Origin: an uncultured Bacteroidaceae bacterium
Lineage (GTDB): Bacteria; Bacteroidota; Bacteroidia; Bacteroidales; SM23-62
Assembly: GCA_964540005.1 (NCBI GenBank)
Contig: CAZILN010000411.1
Location: 1-18,375 of the forward strand
DNA: 18,375 bases
Direction: 5' to 3'
This document shows, piece by piece, positions 1 to 9,600 of the stretch. Made by a program: the position numbers and the translations under genes. The notes beneath the pieces are model-generated. The model was given only the letters and a program-made list of their open reading frames with translations. It was not told where the DNA came from and did not search any database. The number at the start of each line of letters is the position of its first letter. Within the stretch, counting starts at the first letter, position 1.

Positions 1-1
1 C

Positions 2-643
2 GGGGAAGGAGGAGCCATCGTCGGGGATGATGATGAGGTCATGGACAGGTGCTATTCCTTTCATAACTGCGGGCGTTCGTATGGATCTGTAAAAGGCACC
101 ACGCCTTATCCCACACGGGGAAGCAACCGTCGTATGCAGCAGATGCAGGCTATCATACTGATGTCACAGATGAAGCGCGCAAAGAAAGATGCTGATATAC
201 GCCTGGCAAATGCCCTGTACCTGGATTCTAAACTGAATGACATTCCAGGTATCATTACATATAAGCTCGCTAATGGCGCAACCCGCTCTGCATACCACCT
301 GTATCCCTTCAGGTATAAAAAGGAATTTTTTAATAATATTACCAGGCATAAGTTTATAAATGCCCTGGAGGCGGAAGGCATACCAACTATGTCGGGATAT
401 GGGCCCCAGAATAAATACGAATTGATGGAAGAAGCGCTGAATTCCAGGGGATACAAACGCCTCTACGGCGAGGAAAGACTACGCCGCTACAAGGAAGAGA
501 ACATCCTGCCTGGCAACGACCAGCTTTGTGAAGAGGCTGTTGTTTTTTACCAGAGCCTCCTGCTGGGAACGAAATCTGATATGGATGATATTGTCCGGGC
601 CATCACAAAGATATACGACAACCGCGATAAACTGGTGGGATAA
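2..643 (+). CDS. DegT/DnrJ/EryC1/StrS-family PLP-dependent aminotransferase, C-terminal part; the gene starts upstream of the window and its reading frame is open from base 2
   Basis: The translation GEGGAIVGDDDEV...RMQQMQAIILMSQMKRAKKDADIRLANA...YHLYPF...SLLLGTKSDMDDIVRAITKI matches the C-terminal half of the DegT family (GxGGAI..ND, NYRM-type segment, YHLY, C-terminal 'LPLHP..LTDEDVDYVI'-like end). It has no start codon in the window and ends at TAA 641-643. Confidence 0.8.
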   Translation, partial: GEGGAIVGDDDEVMDRCYSFHNCGRSYGSVKGTTPYPTRGSNRRMQQMQAIILMSQMKRAKKDADIRLANALYLDSKLNDIPGIITYKLANGATRSAYHLYPFRYKKEFFNNITRHKFINALEAEGIPTMSGYGPQNKYELMEEALNSRGYKRLYGEERLRRYKEENILPGNDQLCEEAVVFYQSLLLGTKSDMDDIVRAITKIYDNRDKLVG

Positions 644-716
644 TAAGCATTTTTAATCGCGTTCAGTAACAGGATTACATTCATTTTTTATAAATTTAGA
701 TACAAAATGTAAAAAG

Positions 717-1307
717 ATGGAACTATTATTAGAAGCCTGGTGGCAGGGAATGATGGTAGCTGAAAAGGTATACTGGATTATTGCCATACCGTTTACACTG
801 ATCTTTCTGATCATGCTGGTTCTCACTTTTATCGGTGGTGATTTTGATGGTGCTTCTGCCGATATGGATGTAGACATGGAGATAGATGCAGACACAGGTA
901 TAGACTTTCAGTACCTTAGCATAAAGAACCTGATAGGGTTCTTTACCATATTCGGCTGGACGGGCATTGCCTGCCTTGCAGCCGAAAAAAGCCTGGCATT
1001 CACCGTGATTGTTTCTGTCCTGGCCGGACTGCTGATGATGACCATCATGTCAACCATTGTTTACCTGATGGGAAAACTTACTGAGGACGGCACCCTGGAC
1101 CTGAAAAATGCCATAGGGAAAATAGCCACTACCTACCTGACCATTCCGGCGGCAAGGTCAGGGATGGGCAAGATACAGGTAAAGGTGCAGGGATTCAGGA
1201 CCCTGGATGCCATCACCGATGAAAAGGAGGCCATTAAAACAGGAGCGGTAGTGGAGGTGATTGATGTTATTAATAATGAAGTATTATTGGTAAAAACAAG
1301 TAAATAA
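717..1307 (+). CDS. NfeD-like / YqiJ-family membrane protein (partner of a flotillin/SPFH protein)
   Basis: The 196-aa product has N-terminal hydrophobic helices (IIAIPFTLIFLIMLVLTFIGG; FFTIFGWTGIACLAA; VIVSVLAGLLMMTIMSTIVYL) and a C-terminal soluble beta-rich segment (GKIQVKVQGFRTLDAITDE...VVEVIDVINNEVLLVK) typical of the NfeD OB-fold. It ends 18 bp upstream of a flotillin gene on the same strand, the canonical yqiJ-yqiK arrangement. Confidence 0.65.
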   Translation: MELLLEAWWQGMMVAEKVYWIIAIPFTLIFLIMLVLTFIGGDFDGASADMDVDMEIDADTGIDFQYLSIKNLIGFFTIFGWTGIACLAAEKSLAFTVIVSVLAGLLMMTIMSTIVYLMGKLTEDGTLDLKNAIGKIATTYLTIPAARSGMGKIQVKVQGFRTLDAITDEKEAIKTGAVVEVIDVINNEVLLVKTSK

Positions 1308-1325
1308 CTCTTAAACTATTTAATT

Positions 1326-2885
1326 ATGGGTCAGTATATAGTCTTGGTTGTAAGCCTGGGGATACTCTTTATATTCATCCTCCTGGTCACTTTCCTCAGA
1401 AGGTATAAAAGATGTCCGTCTGACAGGATCCTTGTAATTTATGGTAAAGTAGGTAAGGGAAAGGAGGCGGAGTCACGATCCGCCAGGTGTATGCACGGGG
1501 GGGCATCCTTTATCTGGCCGGTCATCCAGGCCTATGAATTTCTGGATCTTACACCTATTCCGATTGAGATCAACCTGAGATCTGCACTGAGTAAACAGAA
1601 CATTAGGGTAGATGTTCCTTCCATCTTCACTGTGGGAGTCTCGACAGAAACGGGTGTCATGACGAATGCTGCAGAACGCTTGCTGGGATTGAGCCAGGAA
1701 GAGATCAGCAACCTTGCAAAGGATATTATTTTCGGTCAGCTGCGTCTGGTTGTGGCTACCATGGACATAGAGGAGATAAACAGCAACAGGGACCTTTTCC
1801 TGGAAGCTGTTTCGGGTAATGTGGAAGCTGAACTGAAAAAGGTTGGTCTGAAGCTGATCAACGTGAACGTCACCGACATAAACGATGAATCCGGGTATAT
1901 CGAAGCGCTTGGTAAGGAGGCGGCCGCCCATGCCATCAATGCTGCCAAGAAAAGTGTGGCAGAAAAGAACCGGGACGGATCCATCGGAGAAGCAAATGCC
2001 ATGAGGGACCAGCGCATACAGGTGGCTGATGCCAATGCCAATGCGGTTGAGGGAGAAAATACGGCAACCATTCAGATTGCCAACTCAAATTCCAACCGTA
2101 GAGAAAAGGAGGCCCTGGCAGAAAAACTGGCAGTAGCAGCTGAAAAGGTTAACCAGGCCAAGGCACTTGAGGAAGCCTATGTTGCCGAAAAAGAAGCTGA
2201 AATCAGCAGGGCACACCGTGAACAAGCCACACAGAAAGCAGATATCATCATACCTGCACAGATAGATAAGGAAAAAGTAGAAATCGCTGCCGAGGCTATA
2301 GCAGAACAAACCCGCCGGCATGCACGAGGTGATGCCGATGCCATTTTCATGAAGATGGAGGCAGAGGGTAAAGGTATCTTCGAGGTACTGTCAAAACAGG
2401 CAGAAGGATTTAAACAGCTGGTAAATGCAGCGGAAAATGATGCACAGAAAGCAGTACTGTATATGATAGCCGATAAATTACCCGAACTGGTCAGCAAACA
2501 GGTTGAGGCCGTCAAGAATTTGAAAATTGATAAGGTGACCGTATGGGATACCATGTCCTCAGGGGCAGATGGCAAGTCACCCGCCACGGCAAATTTCTTT
2601 TCCGGCTTGCTGAAATCCATCCCGCCGCTTGAGGACCTGTTCCAGCAGGCAGGTATGAGCCTTCCTGATTATCTGAAGGGTTCTGAGAAGGATAAAAATG
2701 CTTCAGCAGAGTCTTCAGCATCATCATCTCCGGCGGATACAGTAGAGGCTACATCTGCAGATCCATCAGTGGATAAGGCAGACAATACAGGTTCTGAGAA
2801 ATCCTCACCACCCGCTGATTCTAAAGGATCTTCTGCACCGGATGAACCTGAAGGACCAGATGAGGATTCTCCTGAGGAGAAATAG
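1326..2885 (+). CDS. Flotillin-like SPFH/band-7 protein (YqiK/FloA family) with an acidic, Ser/Pro-rich low-complexity C-terminal tail
   Basis: It has an N-terminal TM helix (YIVLVVSLGILFIFILLVTFL), an SPFH core (RILVIYGKVG...ASFIWPVIQAYEFLDLTPIPIEINLRSALSKQNIRVDV...), and a long Ala/Glu-rich coiled-coil region (EKEALAEKLAVAAEKVNQAKALEEAYVAEKEAEI...) characteristic of flotillins. The last ~65 aa are low-complexity S/P/D/E-rich. Confidence 0.85.
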   Translation: MGQYIVLVVSLGILFIFILLVTFLRRYKRCPSDRILVIYGKVGKGKEAESRSARCMHGGASFIWPVIQAYEFLDLTPIPIEINLRSALSKQNIRVDVPSIFTVGVSTETGVMTNAAERLLGLSQEEISNLAKDIIFGQLRLVVATMDIEEINSNRDLFLEAVSGNVEAELKKVGLKLINVNVTDINDESGYIEALGKEAAAHAINAAKKSVAEKNRDGSIGEANAMRDQRIQVADANANAVEGENTATIQIANSNSNRREKEALAEKLAVAAEKVNQAKALEEAYVAEKEAEISRAHREQATQKADIIIPAQIDKEKVEIAAEAIAEQTRRHARGDADAIFMKMEAEGKGIFEVLSKQAEGFKQLVNAAENDAQKAVLYMIADKLPELVSKQVEAVKNLKIDKVTVWDTMSSGADGKSPATANFFSGLLKSIPPLEDLFQQAGMSLPDYLKGSEKDKNASAESSASSSPADTVEATSADPSVDKADNTGSEKSSPPADSKGSSAPDEPEGPDEDSPEEK

Positions 2886-2931
2886 GTCAGATATAATTAC
2901 CCTGGTGAGAAGGTATTCACACCATCCAATA

Positions 2932-2975
2932 AGCCCCTGGAAATTTTTATTATCAGGGGCTTTAAAATATATTTT
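2932..2975 (+). terminator. Candidate intrinsic terminator of the NfeD-flotillin operon
   Basis: An 8-bp perfect stem agcccctg (2932-2939) pairs with caggggct (2954-2961) around a 14-nt loop, followed by the A/T-rich tract ttaaaatatatttt. It lies 47 bp after the flotillin stop codon. Confidence 0.5.
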
Positions 2976-3058
2976 CCGCGGATTCACAGGTATGCTTATT
3001 CAAGTCCTGCTCAATGATATAATAACAATCAGTATTATAATTACTAAATGAAAATATA

Positions 3059-5155
3059 ATGAGACTTTTATCCATAGCCCTGGGGCTGTTATTGTTAATG
3101 ACAGTGCATACAGGCTGGTCCCAAAACCCCATAACCACCGGGACCCTCTTCGAGGAAATGACCGACATGAAAAGACTGTCGGTTTTTCCTGATCCCGGAT
3201 ACAGGTGTATTCAGTATTCTTCTTATGATCACCGCAGTACCTTTCCCGACGGACCCGATTGGTTTGCCAATTCTGACGGCTTCGGTAACGAGCCCATCCC
3301 TAATTTTGAAAAAGTGCTCAGGGAACCCGATGAGAATGGGATAGGTGAGTACCTGGTTGCCGATGTGCCCGGACCCGGGGCTGTTGTCAGGCTATGGACT
3401 GCACAAATGGGGGGGACTGTCAAAGTGTTTCTTGATAATAATGAGATGCCGGTCTATGACGGCAGTGCTGAGGATTTTTTCATGCGCACCTATGATTCGT
3501 ACGACGAGATCAGGCTGGTTAACAAAGAACTGTTTGAAAAAACCGTCTACCAGCGCAATGCCTCCTATGCACCTATTCCTTTTGGCAGCCGTCTGAAGGT
3601 CATCTGGACAGGCAATATGGAAGAGCTTCATTTCTACCATTTGCAGGTCAGGTTATATAATGAAAATGCGCAAGTCATCAGCTTTTCCCCGCAGGATATA
3701 GCTACATATGCAAAGAACATTGATCAGGTAATCTCGGTTCTTGCAGACCCTGATGATAAGTGGCAAAGTTCTGCAGATGAGTTTCTTGGTGTAAATACAT
3801 CTTTGCTTCCGGGTAGAAAAACTGAAATCCTGAGCATGGATGGTCAGCAGGCCATAGAAGAGCTGAGCATAAAAATTGAAGCAGAAAACATAGAGAAGGC
3901 ATTACGGCAGACCATATTGCATATTAGCTTTGATGGATATCCCTGGGGACAGGTTCAGGCACCGGTGGGTGATTTCTTCGGGGCAGCACCCGGTATTAAT
4001 CCCTATGTTTCGCTGCCCTTCACGGTTAGTCCGGACGGCACAATGACCTGCAGGTTTTTCATGCCTTTCAGGGAATCCTGCTCGATTACCATGGAAAACA
4101 TGGGAAGCCAGACTATAGAAATAAGCGGATCAGCTTCTGTAGTTAATAATGAGTGGACCCAGCAAAGCATGCATTTCCGCGCCCGGTGGAGGGCAGATCA
4201 CAACATCACCGCCTCCCCTGAGGCAGTGATCGACCTTCCGTTTATTATAGCTCGCGGACAGGGCTTATATGTAGGGACAACCTCCTACCTGATGAATCCG
4301 GTAAATATACCCACTTCATGGGGAAACTGGTGGGGTGAGGGTGATGAGAAGGTCTTTGTGGATGATGACAGGACAGCTTCCATATTCGGAACAGGATCGG
4401 AAGATTATTACAATTATGCATGGTCCTCAGCAGATATTTTCATATTCCCCTTTTGCGGCCAGCCCCGGAATGACGGTCCGGCAAACAGGGGTTTTGTTAC
4501 CAACTACCGATGGCACATCCTTGATCCCATTCCTTTTACCAGACAGCTGAGTTTTTATATGGAACTGTTCCCGCATTTTAAAACACCCGGACTATCCTAT
4601 GCAAGGATTGGCTATTATTATGCCAGGCCGGGGGTAATGGATGACCATATACCCATCATGCCGGATGATGTTATTCTCCCTGTACTACCTGCTAACTGGC
4701 AGCCGCTGGGAAGCCATGCATCGGCAAATGCAATATTCTACCAGGCCGAAGACCTGGTTAATCCTGGCGGAGAACTCAGCATCCGGGAAGACAGGATCTG
4801 GTCGGATAAGGGCCTGCTGGTGTGGACACCGGAAGGCCGGGGTGACAAACTGGATCTGAAGCTGGACATTGCTGAAACAGGTACCTACAGGATCAACATG
4901 ATAATGGCACACATGCCTTCTTCAGGAAGAGTGAAAGTATCAATCGGTTCATTAGAGGCCGGGCAGCCTGGAGGTAGTAAAGAGATAGATCTCTACAGGA
5001 CTTACCGTACATTGTCAAGGAACCTTTACCTGGGAGAGACTGCATTGGAAAAAGGTGTTTCCATGCTTACAATCGAATTTGCAGGACCTGAAGGCCACAT
5101 TGCTAATCCGGAAGTAGGTATTGATTTTATCTGGCTGCAGAAAACAGACCAGTAA
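3059..5155 (+). CDS. Secreted DUF2961 / glycoside hydrolase family 172-like protein with an extra ~200-aa C-terminal extension
   Basis: It has a signal peptide (MRLLSIALGLLLLMTVHTGWSQ). From memory it carries DUF2961 hallmarks: an N-terminal '...YRCIQYSSYDHRS...' (SSYD motif) and a central 'WGEGDEKVFVDDD...FGTGSEDYYNYAW' (GEGDE...GTG(S/T)EDY) block. At 698 aa it is longer than a minimal DUF2961 domain. The residues after ~470 (…TGTYRINMIMAHMPSSGRVKVSIGS…IDFIWLQ) look like an appended beta-sandwich module. Confidence 0.55.
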   Translation: MRLLSIALGLLLLMTVHTGWSQNPITTGTLFEEMTDMKRLSVFPDPGYRCIQYSSYDHRSTFPDGPDWFANSDGFGNEPIPNFEKVLREPDENGIGEYLVADVPGPGAVVRLWTAQMGGTVKVFLDNNEMPVYDGSAEDFFMRTYDSYDEIRLVNKELFEKTVYQRNASYAPIPFGSRLKVIWTGNMEELHFYHLQVRLYNENAQVISFSPQDIATYAKNIDQVISVLADPDDKWQSSADEFLGVNTSLLPGRKTEILSMDGQQAIEELSIKIEAENIEKALRQTILHISFDGYPWGQVQAPVGDFFGAAPGINPYVSLPFTVSPDGTMTCRFFMPFRESCSITMENMGSQTIEISGSASVVNNEWTQQSMHFRARWRADHNITASPEAVIDLPFIIARGQGLYVGTTSYLMNPVNIPTSWGNWWGEGDEKVFVDDDRTASIFGTGSEDYYNYAWSSADIFIFPFCGQPRNDGPANRGFVTNYRWHILDPIPFTRQLSFYMELFPHFKTPGLSYARIGYYYARPGVMDDHIPIMPDDVILPVLPANWQPLGSHASANAIFYQAEDLVNPGGELSIREDRIWSDKGLLVWTPEGRGDKLDLKLDIAETGTYRINMIMAHMPSSGRVKVSIGSLEAGQPGGSKEIDLYRTYRTLSRNLYLGETALEKGVSMLTIEFAGPEGHIANPEVGIDFIWLQKTDQ

Positions 5156-5191
5156 ACAATAATTATATTGAGTATTTAAAATCAAAAGATC

Positions 5192-8068
5192 ATGAAAAAA
5201 CTGCTTTTCTCCGCTGCATTTATAATTTTCAGCTGCTCACTGTTCAGCCAGGACAATCCGCTGAAGGTGGAAACATACCAGCTGTCAAACGGATTGACCG
5301 TTTATCTGAACGAAGATCATAACATGCCTATGGTATATGGGATGGTCGCCGTAAAAGGAGGGTCCAAAAGAGATCCCAAGGATGCTACCGGGATCGCCCA
5401 TTATTTTGAGCACATTATGTTCAAGGGGACCGATGAGATCGGTACCATTGATTATGAACAGGAGAAGCCTTACCTGGACAGCATAGAAAACCTTTATGAT
5501 GAACTGGGAAAAAAGACAACTGATGAGGAACGGGAGGCGATACAGAAGGAAATAAACAGGATCTCTTTGAAAGCTGCGGAATATGCCATCCCCAATGAAT
5601 TTGGAAAGATCGTGAACAGTATGGGGGGGAGCGGACTGAATGCCGGAACCGGAGACGAAAGCATCGTGTATTATAATACAGTGCCTGCCAACCAGGTTGA
5701 AAAATGGATAGAACTGTACAGCCATAGGTTCATCAACCCTGTATACCGCCTGTTCCAGTCAGAGCTGGAAACGGTTTATGAAGAAAAGAATATGTCCCTT
5801 GATGATCCCATGGAGGGAATGCTGGAAGACTTTGAGGGCAGCTTTTTTAAGAAGACCCCTTATGGACAGCAGACTGTGCTGGGAAGCGTGGAACACCTTA
5901 AGAATCCATCCCTTAGCAAAATGCAGGAATATTATGATAATTATTATGTCGCAAAGAATATGGCACTGGTTCTTGCAGGTGATTTTGATTCTGATCATCT
6001 TAAACCGGTAATTGAAGAAAAATTCGGACGCCTGCGGGCTGGAGAGATACCTCCAACACTGGATTTCAGGGAAGAACCCTTCGAAGGCAGAGAACAGGTA
6101 AAGGTAAGGATGACACCTATTAAAGTAGGCTTGCTTGGATACAGGACCATCCCGAGAAACCATGAGGATGAATTTAAACTGGAAGTGGTTTCTAACCTGC
6201 TTACCAACTATGCCTCAACCGGATTGTTGGACCAACTGGTCAATGACAATAAGCTAATGATGGCCATTGCTTTTGCGAACCTTAAGACTGAATTAGGGGG
6301 GTATTATATTGCCTTCGTTCCCAAGATTGTAGGTCAGTCATTACAGAAAGCAGAAGGCCTGGTCACGGATCAGCTTCAGAGGCTGAAGAACGGGGATTTT
6401 GATAAGCAGTTGCTCGAGGGTGTCAAGGCGGAGCTGAAGGTAAGCTATGAACAGAACCTGGAAGATATGCGCTGGCGGACCTATGCGATCATGGATGCTT
6501 TTCTTTATGACATTGCCTGGGAAAAATACCTCTCGGCCCCCGAGGAAATCGATAAAATCACCCGTGAAGACATCATTGCTACAGTGAATAAATATTTTGG
6601 AGATAATTACCTGGCATATCATTCAAAAATGGGATTTCCAAAGAAGGAAAAACTTGACAAACCACCCTATGATCCGGTACAGGCAAAAAACTCTGATAAG
6701 CAATCGGAATATGCGGCCAGAATGGAACAGATACCGGTGATAGATCTTGAACCAAAGTTTATTGATTTCAAAAAGGATGTTGTTATATCCGAGATGGAGG
6801 ATGGCATAAAAACCTTCGTTACTAAAAATCCAATTAATAATATTTTTACAGTCCGGTTAAAATTTGGGAAGGGGAGTTACAATGATCCCGTGGTAGACCT
6901 GGCAAGTTATATTTTCCTCTATGCTCATCCCGAAGGACAATCTTTCACGGAATATAAGAATAAACTTCAGTTGCTTGGCTGTGATATTTATGCGTATAAT
7001 GATCTGAGCTCCACGACAATTAGTATAACCGGACTGGAAGAGAACCTGGAAGAATCCCTTGATTTGATCAACAAACTTCTGACTTCCTATACTGTGGATG
7101 AAAGCCAACTGGAAAAACTGGTTCAGGAAAGCAAATTCAATGAGAAGTTCGAGAAAAAGGACCTGAGTTCTAAAAATGATGCACTGGCTAAGTATGCCCT
7201 GTATGGAAAGCAGTCAGAATACCTGACAAGGCTCACTGAATCTGATATAAAAGAGTTAAGCAATACGGACCTTGTAGAAAAGTTTAAAGAACTCTCAGGA
7301 TTTGAATATGAAGTGCATTATTGTGGCACACGAACAGCAACGGCTTTTAATCAGGTATTCAGGGAGCATATGGATATCCGGGAAAAACTTACAGAATCAC
7401 CAGGCATGATAGAGATGAAGCGGAATCCTTATGCAGAAAACACCGTCTTATTCCTTGATGACAAAAAGGCCATACAGAGCCATATCAACATTTACATAGA
7501 GGGAGGGGTCAATGATGAGCTCAACCGTTCAGGTCTCGATGCCTTCAATGATTATATCGGCGGCAGTATGGCAGCCATTCTGTTCCAGGAGATCAGGGAA
7601 TTCCGTTCCCTGGCCTATAGAGTAAGAGGAAGGTACTATCCATCCTTCTATTTTGACCGCCCTGGGTATTTTGCCGGCTTGCTGTCCACCCAGTCCGACA
7701 AAACCAGCGAAGCGCTGGAGGTATTCCATGACATCATGACGGATATGCCCGAAAAACCGGATCGCATTGAAGCGGTCCGTACCAACCTGACCCTGTCAAT
7801 AAACTCCACGCAACCCACTTTTCGCAACCGGTCCGGGTCGGTTTCAACATGGATGGAGCAGGGTTACAGGGAGGATCCCAGGAAAACGCGCTATAAGGAC
7901 TATGAGAACATGGAGTTTTCAGAGATCCTTGAATTTTATGAAACAAACCTGCATGGTAAGCCATGGCTTGTTACCGTAGTGGGGGATTCAAAGCGCATCG
8001 ACATGGATGCTCTGTCCCGGTACGGAACAGTAAAAACAGTCAGCCTGGACGAAGTATTCAGGTGGTAA
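5192..8068 (+). CDS. Secreted M16-family (pitrilysin/insulinase-like) zinc metallopeptidase, ~950-aa two-unit type
   Basis: It has a signal peptide (MKKLLFSAAFIIFSCSLFSQ) and the inverted zincin motif HYFEH (GIAHYFEHIMFKGT) near the N-terminus. The 958-aa length is consistent with tandem active/inactive M16 halves. The gene starts only 36 bp after the GH172-like gene on the same strand. Confidence 0.85.
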   Translation: MKKLLFSAAFIIFSCSLFSQDNPLKVETYQLSNGLTVYLNEDHNMPMVYGMVAVKGGSKRDPKDATGIAHYFEHIMFKGTDEIGTIDYEQEKPYLDSIENLYDELGKKTTDEEREAIQKEINRISLKAAEYAIPNEFGKIVNSMGGSGLNAGTGDESIVYYNTVPANQVEKWIELYSHRFINPVYRLFQSELETVYEEKNMSLDDPMEGMLEDFEGSFFKKTPYGQQTVLGSVEHLKNPSLSKMQEYYDNYYVAKNMALVLAGDFDSDHLKPVIEEKFGRLRAGEIPPTLDFREEPFEGREQVKVRMTPIKVGLLGYRTIPRNHEDEFKLEVVSNLLTNYASTGLLDQLVNDNKLMMAIAFANLKTELGGYYIAFVPKIVGQSLQKAEGLVTDQLQRLKNGDFDKQLLEGVKAELKVSYEQNLEDMRWRTYAIMDAFLYDIAWEKYLSAPEEIDKITREDIIATVNKYFGDNYLAYHSKMGFPKKEKLDKPPYDPVQAKNSDKQSEYAARMEQIPVIDLEPKFIDFKKDVVISEMEDGIKTFVTKNPINNIFTVRLKFGKGSYNDPVVDLASYIFLYAHPEGQSFTEYKNKLQLLGCDIYAYNDLSSTTISITGLEENLEESLDLINKLLTSYTVDESQLEKLVQESKFNEKFEKKDLSSKNDALAKYALYGKQSEYLTRLTESDIKELSNTDLVEKFKELSGFEYEVHYCGTRTATAFNQVFREHMDIREKLTESPGMIEMKRNPYAENTVLFLDDKKAIQSHINIYIEGGVNDELNRSGLDAFNDYIGGSMAAILFQEIREFRSLAYRVRGRYYPSFYFDRPGYFAGLLSTQSDKTSEALEVFHDIMTDMPEKPDRIEAVRTNLTLSINSTQPTFRNRSGSVSTWMEQGYREDPRKTRYKDYENMEFSEILEFYETNLHGKPWLVTVVGDSKRIDMDALSRYGTVKTVSLDEVFRW

Positions 8069-8106
8069 GATCTATGGCCTTATCAGGGATAGAATACTGT
8101 TTATTT

Positions 8107-9414
8107 CTATTTATGCCTAACCAGACCGGATACATAATACAATGGCAAAAATACCAATCTTTGCTCAGGGAGCCTTGAGAAGTTTGCTCCTGAAAAGACA
8201 AAGCCCTGAGGACAATTGGGATATATCTCAAGTAACATATGGAGGCTTTTTAATCTCCCAGCAGCACCGCTTTTAACTTCTATAGGACAGATCTGATTAT
8301 TCAGTGCTACAAGAAAATCCACTTCTGCAGAACTGCTCTTTGCGTCTCTTGACCAGTAATAGACTTCACTGTCCAGTGCTGCAGTTAGTTCCTGTCCAAC
8401 AAATTGTTCCGCTAAGGCACCCCTGTAAATTGATAACAGGTCAGATTGGAAATATTCAGTATTTACTGCTAAGCCACAAAGATTCTGCATCAGCCCAATG
8501 TCAAGTATAAGAGCTTTAAATGTTCGTTCTGAAGCCGTTGCAGCAAGAGGAAGTCCGGCTGGAGAAGCTGAACGTACCTTGCTGATGAATCTGGACTGAC
8601 AAAGCAGATCAAACGCTTTTTTAATAGTCGGATTGGAAAAATCTTCTGTAAGCCTGGCATATTTTATCTGTTGACCAACAGATTTAGCAGTAGAAACCAC
8701 GACTGCATTTATGCATTGTTTGTCCGAATACTTTGCATATTTGGGAAAATCCATGCGGAAGGTATCAATGAGACTGGTCTGAACTTCAAACACCTGTTGC
8801 ATACTGCCAGTATTAAGGTATTTTATTACACATTCAGGCATGCCTCCAATAAAAAAGTACTTTCTTAATTCTTCTATGAGAAATTCATGTATCGCCCCTG
8901 ATTGGTCCTTGACCGGAGAGAGTATGTTCTGTGATGCCTGATTATTTCCCAGCGCTTCCAGGAATTCCGGGAATGTCAGAGGATACATGTTCAGCATATG
9001 GATCCGTCCTACCGGGATACTAATATCCTTTAATGCAAACTCAAGGAGTGAACCTGCAGCAATTACATGAAGATCCGGAATTTGCTCATAAAAGTAACGG
9101 AGTGACATAATTGCACGCGGACTTGCTTGTATTTCATCAAAAAATAGCAGATCCTTACCAACATTTATATCACTGCCAAGCAATACTTCCAGATCAGATT
9201 TAATTCTTTTTGCATCTAAATTTCTTTCAAATACCTGGATCCAGTCCGGGTGCTTTTCAAAATCAAGAAGATGGACCTTCCCGTTAAAGTTACTCTGTCC
9301 AAACTCCATGACTGAGAAGGTTTTTCCAACTTGCCGGGCTCCCCTGATTATAAGTGGTTTTCGGCTTTTCTGATTTTTCCACTTAATAAGCTTTTCTGTG
9401 ATGCTGCGATTCAT
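8107..9414 (-). CDS. COG1373-type AAA+ ATPase with a C-terminal DUF4143 (PD-(D/E)xK nuclease-like) domain
   Basis: Walker A is GARQVGKTF and Walker B is LLFFDEIQ. The C-terminal 'YYWSRDAKSSSAEVDFLVALNNQICPIEVKSG' contains a D…E-V-D…I-E-V-K arrangement typical of a PD-(D/E)xK core. The overall length and architecture match the abundant Bacteroidota 'ATP-binding protein, DUF4143' family. Confidence 0.8.
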   Translation of the reverse strand: MNRSITEKLIKWKNQKSRKPLIIRGARQVGKTFSVMEFGQSNFNGKVHLLDFEKHPDWIQVFERNLDAKRIKSDLEVLLGSDINVGKDLLFFDEIQASPRAIMSLRYFYEQIPDLHVIAAGSLLEFALKDISIPVGRIHMLNMYPLTFPEFLEALGNNQASQNILSPVKDQSGAIHEFLIEELRKYFFIGGMPECVIKYLNTGSMQQVFEVQTSLIDTFRMDFPKYAKYSDKQCINAVVVSTAKSVGQQIKYARLTEDFSNPTIKKAFDLLCQSRFISKVRSASPAGLPLAATASERTFKALILDIGLMQNLCGLAVNTEYFQSDLLSIYRGALAEQFVGQELTAALDSEVYYWSRDAKSSSAEVDFLVALNNQICPIEVKSGAAGRLKSLHMLLEIYPNCPQGFVFSGANFSRLPEQRLVFLPLYYVSGLVRHK

Positions 9415-9600
9415 GTCATACTAAGGTAAAACCGAGAAAAATTTAAATAATCAAGGCAAAAATAATAAAAAGCATATAAGAATACAAGGATAAACTGCAT
9501 AAGGAGCTTTAAAAACACAAGGATTGTGAATCTGCAGAACTCGTCACCCAGGTTTCGAGTTGCTTACAGTATGGAGCTATAACAGAAAGCTATTCAAAAA

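Noticed and set aside
653-895. Minus-strand 80-aa ORF overlapping the NfeD start region
   Set aside because: It overlaps the intergenic promoter region and a better-supported plus-strand membrane-protein CDS, and it has no recognisable features.
1473-2620. Minus-strand ORFs (152, 111, 147, 78 aa) inside the flotillin gene
   Set aside because: They are antisense to a strongly supported SPFH/coiled-coil CDS. Their low-complexity Ala/Ser-rich translations are typical of spurious frames opposite Glu/Ala-rich coding sequence.
9539-9562. Hairpin aactcg-N12-cgagtt downstream of the MBL gene (minus strand)
   Set aside because: It has only a 6-bp stem, and the nearest T-run is ~18 nt away. It is too weak to call a terminator.
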